A stretch of DNA of 64,000 bases from Massalongia carnosa (Eukaryota), in the NCBI GenBank assembly GCA_965645245.1, contig OZ287068.1:434001-498000 (forward strand). The letters are read 5' to 3'. A program made the position numbers and the translations under genes. The notes beneath the pieces are model-generated. The model did no database searches and was not told the DNA's origin. It was given only the letters and a program-made list of their open reading frames with translations. Positions 26,142-38,226 of the stretch are shown here, in pieces (the stretch's first letter is position 1; each line of letters begins with the position of its first letter).

Positions 26142-27947
26142 GATGATGTATTCATACTCCGATATGAAACCGGCCATAGGCCGGCCCATGCGGGCAAAGC
26201 TATCTAAGTTATGTTACATGGAAAACCTTTCACAGGTGTAAAAACCATATCCCTTGATACCCGTCCGATGTGACTACAGGTCGACGTCGGGCGGGAGACG
26301 CAGTGCAAAAGACGTGTGGGAACTGTAATGCCTTGTGAAAAGAGAAGAAAGAAAGAAAGGTTCAACTATTGTTGATTGTACAATAATGTTGATGCTAGTG
26401 AGAATTGATTCAATAAGCCTGTTTTCATTAGCTAAGCAGTTAGTATCTTCAGAGTTTTTGATGATTCGGTCAGCTGCTGATAATCGCTCGTGCCGGCGGC
26501 GCGAAACATCTGTTCTCTATTGTCAATAAGTCTGCAGAACATGATTATATGTTCTGGAGTTTGTCTGTGCCAGCCACATGAGCAGGCCGGTGAGGTGACG
26601 GTGGGCACCCGTCGCTTGTAGAGGAAGGCAGCTAACCCGATCTTGCCAGTGCGGATTTGTGTTGTTAGAGCGCTTTCTGCCTTTTTTAGCTGCGTGTGTA
26701 TTTTCAGCCGTTTTTTGCTCAGTGGGACTGATTGTGTTATGGAGGGTTCGATGACGCGATTTTGATATGCGCACCATGAGTCGTTCCAGCCCTTCATTTG
26801 TCGTGCTTTGATTATTTGCATCTGCTTGTGTCGGGCCGTTGCCGCAACGGTAGCTTCGCGGTGCCACGCCGGGTAGACTTCGAACCATCGTGGGTGTGCC
26901 TTTGGTGGTTGAACTATTTTTGAGTCGATCAGTAGGCTTTTGGCCCAGATGTGTTTCAGCTCTCCCGGGGTGGGCTTTTGAAGTCGTTTGCGACCTGCCT
27001 TGCCTCGAAGTTTGTCAGCTATTTTGTTGCATGCGGAGGAGATGATCTTCAATTGGCCTCCGGCTCGGAGCCGGTGCCTTGCCTGTGCTTGTAGCATGTC
27101 GAGATGCGTGTCTATGGGCGCTATGAATGTCTCTGCTTCTAGTGCTGAGATGGGAGTGGCTTTAAAGGCACCGGCTATGGTGCGAAGGCAATTGTTTTGC
27201 ATGACGGAGAGCTTGCTCGTTGACGTTTTTGACTTTTTGACTTCTTTGGGCATGTGCCATACGGTTGAACCATATGTCATGGCCGGACGCACCACGGCAC
27301 TGTAAACTTGCATTGCCTTGGCGAAGGTGGCACCCAAGGTTGATGTGGAATTTTTGTCAATGCCATGTATTGTTTGACCATTTTCTCTTGCGTTTTGCGA
27401 ACGTGCGGTCCCCATTTCAATTTGGTGTCGATTTGTAGGCCCAATACTCTGATGTCCGTTTTTGGTTAAATTTCGGTGCTAGCAATATTGATGGATGCAG
27501 TCATGTTGAATCTTTTAGGATTTCTGGACAAGTGTATGAGTTCGTACTTCGTCGGAGCGAATACGGACCCGTGCCGGGAAGCCCACGTCTCACATTGTCT
27601 GTGTATTGCCTCTAGAGTTTTGTAATTTTCCTCGGTGCTTTTTCCATATGCCAAAATGTTTGCGTCATCTACGAATCCTATGGCACTTGTGTTTTTGCCT
27701 GGTCGATCACATATTTCCAATAGATCTGCGTTGTAAAATAGGTAAAGAATGGATGACAGGGGAGAGCCCTGCGGGATACCCGTTCTTACCGCAAACCGCC
27801 CGGTGACTTTTCGATTTATTGCTAAAGTGGTGCTTCGATCGCTCAGAAGCTGTTTACCCAGTCGGTGATCCATTTTAAAAATTTTCTTTTCCGTAGGTTG
27901 TGCGTTACATAGTCGTTGATGTGATACCGTATCGAACGCGCCGGCGA
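26142..27947 (-). mobile_element. 5'-truncated non-LTR retrotransposon (Tad/LINE-like), frameshifted RT plus C-terminal zinc knuckle
   Basis: Starts at RT motif (D)VAGAFDTVSH; GIPQGSPLS, FVDD, VYSAVVRPAMTYGS, IAGAFKATP, CSCG...HIIMFC. Flanked by 13-bp direct repeat CGTATGCTATGAT (26129-26141; 27948-27960); short (ATC)n-type 3' tail. Confidence 0.92.
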
Positions 27948-29003
27948 CGTATGCTATGATAATGGACGTGAAAGAACTCTATCCTTCTCAGCAGGGCTTC
28001 TTGGCGTGATATGTCGAGTTTTCACCATCGCTTACGCAACGCCTCTCATCTAACGCCTCCTGCGTATCTATTAGCAGAATACAAAGTCGATCATTCATAG
28101 CCTTCACACGATCATTCATACCCTTCACATTTTAGCAACCCTACACAACTATATTCATCCTCCTCAAACCAGCTATACCTACTGAGGGTTTAGCCCTACT
28201 TGCCTTGCTTCTCTCAAGGATTATTTCCATGTATCCTTTTCTCAATCGTTTTGACATGCCGGCACCAGCTTTAACAAGATTAGCGATCACAAATTTTGGC
28301 CGAAGCTGTCCGAAGCTGATCAAGCTGCTAGAGTTAATCGAGAAGCGTATAAAAACCAAGTGTCTCAATCCTACCTAATAAGGAAGCTTCAAACACCAAG
28401 TCATCACATGAACTCAACGCTAAGTATATCATCCAGAAAGCTCAGCTTCAAGAAGCGCCTAGGGACTCAGACGCTATAGATGTTAAAAAGCAAGAAGCCT
28501 TTTTGACTCCGCCAAACGCTTGGCTAGCAAACTGCTTCACTAGTCCTCTGTTCGCCGGCACTTGTTTTTTTTTACTGAGCAGTTCTTCATCCACCGAACT
28601 ACATCATCCAAGTTTTAATAATGATACATGCTCTGAGATTTTTGACATCCGGGCAGCAGTAAGTTATAGAACTAATGGTCTGAACTTACTTACGCACTAA
28701 AGCAGCTTTTGTCATTTCCATTAATGGCAAGGAAGCGAGAAAGAGCACGTAAAGCACTATAAGATAAATTCAAAGAGAACTTCAAAGATAACTCTAAACA
28801 CCAAAAAGAAGATTAGATGTAGAATTACAAGAGTCGTTTTATTCAGCGAATTAGTGACAGCGACTCAAACGAAGATGCCTCGCTGTTGAGTATAGGAGAC
28901 TCATTATACTATATAAATACAAAAATACTCGACTCCACTATATATTTCCTCTGAATCTCTCGGAAGGAGTTTTAGGAATGAGGACGAAATGTCGACAGGC
29001 TAG

Positions 29004-29190
29004 ATGACCACCTTGACGAAGGCGTCAGAACTAAAGCCTCCGAATGAACCAGAGGACTGGCCAGAGTGGAATCAGAAAGTGAAGGATCACCTGGGAATGG
29101 TAGGACTTTTTAAAAACCTAACTGGAGAAGTGGTCTAATCAACAGACCCAAGGGAGTTCATGGAATGGAAGGACATATAGGATAGACTGC
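29004..29190 (+). pseudogene. Copia-like gag N-terminal relic
   Basis: Reads ...PNEPEDWPEWNQKVKDHLGMVGLFKTLTGEVV*STDPREFMEWKDI*DRL, resembling the W-x-x-W...L...GL...G...W pattern of copia gag N-termini; two in-frame stops; no LTR identified. Confidence 0.5.
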
Positions 29191-30288
29191 TACCATGGCA
29201 CGAGGAGTCCTCTGCTTGCCCGTGTTGTCGCGCGCCCCTGGCTAGCATTCCCGCCAATGTCACAAAGGGCGATCCCTGCCTGAGGCCCTACTCGAGAGCT
29301 TCCGGGGTATAGTTTCACGACAGCAAGGAACTGGGCGCGGAAGTCGAGATGACTCGATACGTGCTATCTTATTTTAAAATTTCGATAATGAAGTAGCAAG
29401 TATTCTTCGGAAACCGCAAGATGATGAACGCTGTCAAAGCCTGGCTTGACCGGGTTCGAGAAGCGGCACATCGATGCTGAAACGAATCAGGTGCAGCCAT
29501 GGAGCAGGGAGTATCATTTACTGTTTCAACGCCATGTTTCTGGCCGAGCCCGGATTGGGGCTGGACGTCAGCGCTCGTTGGTCTAATGCTACTTCCTTCC
29601 TTCCTCTCTAGTATATCGGGGGCAATCATTCCGAAGCCTCCACCCTATATGATCCGGTTCGTTCTTGTTTTCTCGATCTTTGCCCGCCTGGCCTCCCTCC
29701 CCCCAATTCACCAATAGAAGCCACAGCTATATGTAGGTAGGTATTCAAGGAACAGGGATATATACTCTACATAAATCCGGAGATTTTCCCTTCCATTCGC
29801 TCAAGAAACGGCTGAGGCTGGTAACGGGTATCTTGTCACTCATCAAACAACCGAAAGAAATCTGGCCGTTGAGCCACCACCAGCACCACCAGCACCACCA
29901 GCACCACCAGCAGCAGAACCCTCAAGCAAATGAAATATTTTTCCACCTCCCCCCCCCCTTTGATGATCAAAACGCCGGGTTGGAGATGCCAGGAACATGA
30001 AATGGAATGAAATTTACCTACCTATTCTACTCTAATCCTCTCTACTGGAGGTTATTAAAAAAAAGGAATTTATGGACAAGAGTCGGCGGCCTTCAATCTA
30101 TACCTAGCTTCATATATATCTAGATCATAACAGCACGTTAACCCCCCCCCCTTTCCTCAAAAAAACAAAAAAAACTGCAGCGGCAGCAACAGCAACGACG
30201 TGAACACATCCCCGTTCCAATCCTTTCCGTAGAGGGGGGGGGGGGGGAAAGCGTGAAGACGAGAGAATTTTCTCCATAACCCTGTTCC

Positions 30289-33200
30289 CAGTGTTCGCAA
30301 TGGAGTGATTCTTAATGGATATCCACTCCATTTAATCCACTCCAATCCACTCCAAAGGTTTTTTTTTTAAATGGAGTCCATCCAATAAGGTTTTAGGCTT
30401 AATGGAGTCACTCCAATAAGGATTTATCTAATGGAGTGGACTCCATGGAGTCCAATGGATTAGGGCCTAAAAATAGGTGGTGTTTTAGGTATAGCTCCAG
30501 GGGCCTTAAAGCTATGGTAATTCCCACATTTTAAGTGATATTTCACTTGTTTTACTGCTTTTATTCGTGTCAACCTACAAATATCACTTGCTATGGACTG
30601 AATTTGCTTCTATTTAAACTAGAAACCACCAAAATCCGTCCCGAACCGTACTTGCAGTGATGTCTGATATTAGTGACGATACAACTACAACCCGCCCCGA
30701 CCCTGGCGAGACAGAGTCAGTATTTGAGCTTCCTGGAGCATGTGATATCGACGTTCCTGAACGTATTACGCGTGGCAGAAAGCGTACGGTTGGTTCAGCA
30801 GAGCTTGGGAATGAAGCTTCAAGAGTATTGATCCATATCCTTTATTTAATCAAGCTTATATATTAATATATGGCAGAGGTCTCCATCCCAGTCAGCCCTG
30901 AGCTTTTCTCGACGTTCCCCTGCACCCTCCACGACTTCCCAAGCTACGGAGCGTCCCCATATCATCCTGAGCGGCACTATATACTCTGAGAACGACAGGA
31001 ACGCTCCTGGTAACCATTCCAGCAGCCCTTCTAGGCCGTCACCTATAACCTCTATTGAAGGCAGGGTTATTGGTGGCCGGTTTTCGTCTCCTACAAGTGG
31101 AATAGCTTCAAAGAGAGCTAGAGCGAGCCGTAGTTGGATATGGGATTGGGGCACCAAGGCAGAGAGGGAGGGCAAGGCCTATTGGGTGTGTAACAAATGT
31201 AAAGTACCAGATTTATACTTATTTGCCATGTTTGCTATGAAAATTTGTATAGAACTCAGTGTAATTCCGCCCATTTTATATGTACCGAACCATCGAGTTG
31301 TCATTTGGACATGTACTATACATTTGTCCAATATCTATTTAATTTATATTAACGATTATTAAAGCTAATAAACTACAGGTGTTGCAGACGGTTCTAATAC
31401 TGAGTATATGATCACAAACGGCACTGCTTCATGTGGAGAGCACTTAAGAAAGGACCATAATCTTGTTCCACCTAAGGAAGCAGCTGCTAGGGCATCTATC
31501 TCTGTTGTTGAACATCTTCAACAAGGGGTAGTAGTTGCTCCTTTTAGTCCAGAAGTCTTTCGACAAAAGCTCTTACGATTTCTTTGTATTTGTCATATTC
31601 CTTTTGCCATTGTAGAGCAGCGTGCTTTTCGAGACCTGCTTTTATATTCAAGTCCGTATTTACGAGGCAATGATACACTCCCCAAGTCGGGCAATTCCAT
31701 TAAAGCTGCACTATTAGAGATATTTCTAGCTTGTCAACTTGTATTGATTCAGTTATTAGTGGAAAGCAACTGCCAAGTCCATATATCCTTTGACTTATGG
31801 TCGTCTCCTAATAATTTCTCTATGCTAGGTCTTTGCTGTCACTTTATTGATCGTTCCTGGCAAGCACGTACAGTGATTCTTGGCATGAAGCGTCTTATTG
31901 GACCCCATAGTGGAGAGAATATGTCAAAATTAATAGTCAAGGCCCTTGAAGTTTATAAACTAGGGGGTAGGCTCGGCTACTGTGTTTTGGATAATGCCGG
32001 TGATAATGACACTTGCTTGAGAGCAGTCGAGGAACATCTCCTTTTGCAGGGAGTTAGGTGGGACGCTGATACTCACCGACTACGTTGTTTCGGCCATATC
32101 GTTAATCTCGTGGCAACTGCATTCTTAGAGAACAAACCTACGAAGCAAGCGCGTCAACGACTCCCAGGGGAGTCCAAGGCAGTCTGGAAACGTCCAATAG
32201 ATGCTATTACGAAGCTTCATGTGATTATTGTCTTTATAATGGCCACCGCTCAAAGGATCAAGCAGTTTGAAGGGATTAATAAGACGATTCAAGACCCTCT
32301 CTTGCATCCAATTAAAGAGCAAATCACTAGATGGTTTTCAACTCTTAATATGCTTCGACGGGCCATTCAAATCAAAGACTCTCTTGATCTATTCGTCCAT
32401 CGTAACTCTGAGCAATCATTTACTGAGAAGACTCTTTTTGATTCGCAAATGACGGTTGACGATTGGAACTACGCCAAGGAAGTGATTGCTTTTATGGAAC
32501 CACTCGAAGAGCTTATGATGAGTTTACAAGGAAGAGAGATGTCTGGTATATTATATAAGCTTTAAATAACTCGATAATCACTAAGCTTTTAATAGGAAAT
32601 AATGGTTACGCTCACCAAGTGCTCCCTTCATATGATTTAATAAAAAAGGGGATGGAAGAGCAGCTATTTGGCTTTGAGCTTGATGAAGTCGATCAGTCAA
32701 ACCCACAGGAACTAGCTAGTAAACGACTGGAACTGAACATTATTAACGCCATGCAAAAGCTAGAGAAATACCGTCAACTACTCACTTCCCCTATTTATTT
32801 AGTGGCCGTCGTCCTGATGCCCTGGTATAAGTGGACTTATTTTGAGGATAGTATGAGTGCTAGTGACCTTGCTCAAGCTCGTACGAAGGTCCAAAAACTT
32901 TGGCAAGACTTATATGCAAATATAGAGGTTGCTGAAGATGATACACCGTCACCTGGAAGTCAAAATAATAAGGTATATTAACACTTATTAATATAAAAAC
33001 ACGGCTAACTATATTTGTAGCACGCTAAGCCCTCCCTTTTGAAGGAACACCTTAAAAGGAGTACAAACAAAGCTAAATCCACTGTCAGAGATGAATATAG
33101 ACGGTACTGTAATACAGAACCAGTTGATGAAGATGGTTGCGGGTTCTCTGGCCACTTAGAATGGTGGAAAGCTCACGAGCCTCACTATCCTAGACTAGCT

Positions 33201-34095
33201 CAAATGGCCAGGGATATATTCTCTGTGCCTGGCATGAGTGCAGAGGTCGAACGCTTGTTCTCTTCGTCCAAATTGATGATTCCAGATCATAGGAATCGTC
33301 TAAAACCCGACTTTATTGAGGCAGGAGAGTGTATTAGAAGCTGGGCCATGGGTGGGCTAGTTCTAGGAGACTATTTCGAGTACTTACCAGCGTACCAGAA
33401 GGCAGGAGAGAAGTTCGGGGATCAAGGGAACCCATAGGAGGTGGGATGAGTGCATGGTTGCCAAGGGGACTAGAAGTTGATATTTGCTATGTTTGATGGC
33501 AAATTTGGCATTGCTAGAAAGGTTCTTTTAGGTATCTTTTGAATTTTTCCTAGTTAATTTTAGTTGAAAGGTTCAAAAACTACTTTGAGTTCGTGGAGAA
33601 CAAATGCAAAAACACTCCTTCCTCATCACTTCAACATCGCAACCTCAATCTACCACCTATATTTCAGACTCTACCCCCTAGCCGAGGTTTACCGGGCCAT
33701 GGAAGGTGCGAAAATCCAGCCAAAATCATCAAAACACAAAGGTCGTCGTCCTCGCTTAGCTGGGTCGTCGTCTCGATTAGGCAATTTATATCTACTACAA
33801 AGTGGTTTTACGCTCGAGGGAGGTTCCGGAAAGGTTTGTACGCACTGCACTTCAGTGGAGTCCATGGAGTCCATGGATTAAATGGATTAAATGGATTTAA
33901 TCCAGTGGAGTCCACTGGATTTACTCCACTGGAGATCCATGGACTCCGATCCACTCCATCCATTAAATATTCCTTAATGGAGTCCAATCCATTAAGGTTT
34001 AATCTTAATGGACTCCAATCCATATAGGTCTAGACTTAATGGATTGGATTGGAGCGCCACTCCAATCCAATCCAGTCACTCCATTGCGAACACTG
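30289..34095 (+). mobile_element. Full-length hAT DNA transposon (3807 bp)
   Basis: Perfect 20-bp TIR CAGTGTTCGCAATGGAGTGA; 8-bp TSD CCTGTTCC (30281-30288; 34096-34103); dense subterminal ATGGAG/CTCCAT/AATGGA repeats at both ends. Confidence 0.97.
30660..33437 (+). CDS. hAT transposase with BED zinc finger, 5 exons, apparently intact
   Basis: Predicted introns 30825-30876, 31199-31378, 32546-32595 and 32973-33020 give one continuous frame: WVCNKC...HLRKDH (BED), SFDLWS, VLDNA, RLRCFGH, TRWFS, WWK...YPRLAQMARD, SAEVERLFS. Confidence 0.9.
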
Positions 34096-34433
34096 CCTGT
34101 TCCGATATGCTCTGAGCCTGCCTGGCTGGATACAGATTTTGATTTTTGGGGGGGGAGGGTTGCTGTTCTCCGCTAGGTAGTAGTTATGTATATGTCCAAC
34201 CTCCAGCTCAACTCCTCGTCCTATATAGGTATTTGTACTCCTACCCCTATCCCTTCCCTAACCTCTAATATCCCAGCACCAGCACCATCCCCAGCCCTCG
34301 CTCCCGCCCCAGAAAAACAAAACTATCACCCCACCGTTTGATCAGCGCTAACGGGAATCGAACCTGTTTATGATTAATCACAAATGAATTTGGCTCATTG
34401 CTAGGACAATACTCTTGTTCTAGCACCGTCTCC

Positions 34434-34435
<2 letters not shown>

Positions 34436-34467
<32 letters not shown>

Positions 34468-34556
34468 CTATCACCATCACCATCATCATCACTATCACCA
34501 TCATCATCATCATCACTATCACCATCATCATCATCATCATCACTATCACCATCACC
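34436..34556. repeat. Compound (CAT)n / CATCACTATCAC microsatellite
   Basis: Direct reading; it produces the spurious Met/Val-rich ORF 34265-34555. Confidence 0.9.
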
Positions 34557-34575
34557 TAAGATAATGATACATAAT

Positions 34576-35890
34576 CACGCCCCTGAAAAAAAAACTGGTA
34601 ACGTGTAAGCGAGCTTACCCCATCAAATTTTACCCCTTTTTATCAACATTTCACCTTTACATTGCGATAACTAGTCAATTGAAAGCTATTTACATCAAAT
34701 TAATGACCAGTCATGGCCCCCTCAGCTGAGATGACGTCCTTTAGCCGTTGAGGCATTGATCGTACTCTCTCATTAATAAACTCCTGACTGACTGTCGCCC
34801 AGCCCTCACAAATCAATGCTTTTAAGCTCGCTTCGTCCCAATGAGGATACTTTTTAATATGCTGCTTTGTGGGCTGCCAGCTGTTTTCAATAGGAGCCAA
34901 ATCAGGTGAAGAAGAGCAGTTGAAATAATGCTCTAAACGATGATCCTCCTTCCATTTCTTGACTGCGTTTCTCGTCCTGCCTGTGCCATGCCCGGAATCA
35001 CCATCTTCTTCGAGCACAAAATCATCCCCTCGCTCTAGCCACGGCTTGAAAACGGGCTCAAGTATTGAGTTAATGTATACTTGATGCGTCATCTTGCCAT
35101 TGCTGTTGCCCGGCACTTCGTAGAATATAATATCCGACTTGAAGTTGTAGCCTACAGCCGCCCAACAATGCAGTCTCTTTTGATCATTCTCCGCTGGCGC
35201 ATCACGATGTTGTATACAATTCCATCTATAGCGTGTGCCTGGCTGACGTATGATGCGTAATTTGCCCTCGAGCCCGTAGGAGAAATGAACTTCGTCACTA
35301 AATCGTACTCGATACCAATCTTCTGGTTTAGGATATTTGGCCAGCATTATATGAGCGTATTCCACCCGTTTTTGCATAGGAGGGTCGGCCAGCCATCCTT
35401 TGACGCAGGCTAGACATTTCTCGTAATTCAATGCAGCACGTAGCACGTTATGCATTGTACGACCCACAATATCTGCTCCAACTTCCATCGCAACTTGTTC
35501 CCATGTCAAGCGTTTTCCTTCGAGTTGTAGCTCATCTTCCTGAAGCAGCCGATCAGCCTCTCGTACTTACTCGCCTGAGATTTTTGATCGTCTTCCTCGC
35601 GTTTCTATAAGCTCTGTATGATGACGAGTACGTGTCGAAGGTCCTTTGCGAATAATTCTGTAGCCAGCTCGTTCCGAAACGCCATACTTCTTGAAAAGAT
35701 TTCGTGGATCATGTACGATGCCTTCATCAAGAAGATATTCATGAATTCCTTGAAGTTTAGCTCGAATGGGAGTATCGTAGTGAGTTGCACGTTGCTTACG
35801 AGGCATGTTGGTGTGGATGGTTGATGAAAAAGGGGGGATTTTAATGGGTAAGGTCGCCTACACCTTGCCAGTTTTTTTTTCAGGGGCGTG
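34576..35890 (-). mobile_element. Tc1/mariner-superfamily DNA transposon (about 1.3 kb)
   Basis: 45-bp TIRs with 4 mismatches (34576-34620 / 35846-35890, CACGCCCCTGAAAAAAAAACTGG...) enclosing a DDE transposase; no TA TSD. Confidence 0.9.
34700..35806 (-). pseudogene. Tc1-like DDE transposase with one in-frame stop
   Basis: ORFs 35567-35806 and 34700-35509 share a frame, interrupted only by TAA at 35567-35569 (GE*VREAD). Motifs RFSDE, EEDGDSGHG and SPDLAPIEN, with 38 residues between the second D and the E. Confidence 0.88.
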
Positions 35891-38226
35891 CCCTCTCGGC
35901 TGGTGAATTGGCACCCCCCTCCCGCACTAGCTGTTAGTCGCATAGTGTTAGTAAGCAAGAACATCAAAATTTGTTTACTTTCTACCTCAAAACAATCACC
36001 ATTATTATCATTAGAAAAATAAATCTCCTTACCATCAATTGCTTCAAACATCATATTATATTTTATTCAGCGTCATGGGACTAAATGAAGAAGAAATTCC
36101 GAGTGTTTCAGACAAATCCCCAGTTTCAGCAAAGCAACATAGGATAAATAGCAAACGCACTGTTAGAAGCATCTTGGCTGACATTCCTCCTCTTTCGAGT
36201 TACAAACCCATTTCAATTGATGATAGACCTCCAAGATCGCTGGTGAATGGTCTTGTTGATACTCCTCTTGGATTTTTTCAGCTCTTTATTACGACTCAGC
36301 CCTGTCGGACCATCGCATATCACACGAACATCAAGGCTCACGATCATACAGAGAAAGAAAAGGAGAATAATCATCGCCCATAGTATGACACCATTAGACC
36401 AGAAATTGAGGTTTTTTTGGGCATTCTTTTGTTTATGGGCATGGATCATGCGCCTGCCACGGAAGATTACTGGAATCAATGCCCCGACAAGCCCAATTTC
36501 CTATCTATTTCACAAGCCATGTCCCTCGTACGATTTCAACAAATCAAAGTGATTCTTAAAGCTTAATAATGGACGTACAGAACCTCCGCGCATGGGCAAA
36601 GGAGTCGATTGGTGGAAGAAGTTGGAACCTCTTGCTACTGATTTTCGTCAGGCCTCGTTGAAGTACTATCAACCAGGAAGCATCATATCAATTGATGAGC
36701 AGCTTATTAAATTCGAAGGTCGATCACGTCATACTCTACAAATAACCTCAAAGCAGGCTGGAAAGGGGTTTAAAATATATAGTCTTTGTCAGAATAACTA
36801 CTTGATATCTTTTTTGTTTGCCTCCAAAGTTAGTATCTTTCTAAAAAATTAAATCTCATTTTCCCTTTTTGATCTTTGAATCGTGATCTCTTTCGGACAA
36901 AATTCCATGAAACCTTGTGTTTTTGCTGTAAAAACCCTCTGTTTTCTGTCGCTTTTCCCAACATAAACTGCAATGATTAACACGTATCAGGTCACAAAAA
37001 TCAGTCAGTTAAAAACCACTAGAGAAATGGGCTTTTTAGCAAAGGATGGCCTTTCGGATAGTGCTTTGCTGGTAATTCAGCTTTGTAAAACACTTCCTGA
37101 ACCACTGAATTACACTCTTTTCTGCGACAACTTCATTACCAGCACAAAGCTATTCAAAGCTCTTCGATCACTAGGAATTGCTGCATGTGGAACAGCTAAA
37201 AAAGGCTCTGGATTTCCCGCGAAGTTGTTGGCTCTGCGGGATATGGCCATTAAATCCAAACATTGGGGACTTCGGGCCAGTACGACTGTGGATGAGGTGC
37301 TCTGTTTGGGATGGGTGGACAATAACACCGTTCAGTTGATGACTACTCGTCATCATCCTCGGGAGCTTGATGACTCGTACTATTTACATCCGCTTAAAAG
37401 GCATGGAATTCCAGAAGACTCCGTTCAGCCAATCATACCCATACCATACTATCCCTCAATGTACGCTCACATCATTTTGCTGCCTGATCAAACACCTTCA
37501 TGGCCTTTAGGCCTACCGATTCCCGCACCAGTCAGAGAATATAATCTTCACATGGGTGGGTCAGATGGAAATGCTCAGCAGGGAGCGGTTTATTCTTATC
37601 AACGCCGAAGCGATCGATATTGGTGGCCACTGTTTATTTTTTTGTTAGATGCTGCTGCGCTCAATGCATACAAGCTTTATCTAATTGATGACTTCAGAAC
37701 AGAAGGAAAAAAAATCACTCGTACGGATTTTGCTCATCATCTTGCCCTCAGTCTGATGAAGAATCCCGCTGGACAAACCCGACGACATGAGTCAAAGATA
37801 AGGATTCAGACCAACTCTGAGCCTTTAGTTTCTACCCCCGAGCACCATTATATTCATCTAGAGAAGAAGCGGAAATGCGAGCCCTGCAATGTCAATAAAA
37901 CAAGGCCCTCCAAAAGAAAAGGGGAGCCTTTGGCTGAAAGAGACGCTAATGGCAGGAAAAGAAAGCAGTGAGGTTCTCAAACAAGATGGGCGTGTGGAGG
38001 ATGTCATCCAATCAGACCTTGTTGTAAAAATCAGGCCTGCTGGGCGGCAATACATTTGAACTGAAAGAAGAAGATGGAGTTGAGGTAGATAGTAATTGAT
38101 TGGGCAATTCTTAAAAAGGGGTAGCAAGCCGCTTATTTGATTGGTAGATATTTAAGGTTTCGGGAGCTCTAAACCATCTAACTATAGCTAGTGCGGGAGG
38201 GGGGTGCCAATTCACCAGCGAGAGGG
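35891..38226 (+). mobile_element. piggyBac-like DNA transposon (2336 bp)
   Basis: 41-42-bp TIRs CCCTCTC(G)GCTGGTGAATTGGCACCCCCCTCCCGCACTAGCT (35891-35932 / 38186-38226) with CCC...GGG termini; no TTAA TSD. Confidence 0.9.
36075..38064 (+). pseudogene. piggyBac transposase pseudogene
   Basis: Motifs PLGFFQLF, ISIDEQLIKFEGRS, GFKIYSLC, FCDNFITS, CGTA, WVDNN, YNLHMGGSD, WWPLFIFLLD and a C-terminal Cys-rich domain (CEPC...CGGC...CC...CW..IH). Disabled by TAG at 36381-36383, a frameshift near 36548 and TGA at 37969-37971; probable intron about 36828-36990. Confidence 0.88.

Noticed and set aside
27961..28960. Probable decayed transposon-derived sequence
   Set aside because: No TIR, LTR or protein motif could be identified with confidence.
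33564..34027. ORFs at the right end of the hAT element
   Set aside because: Mostly translate subterminal repeats; no recognisable domain.
34265..34555. Met/Val-rich ORF
   Set aside because: Translation of the (CAT)n microsatellite.
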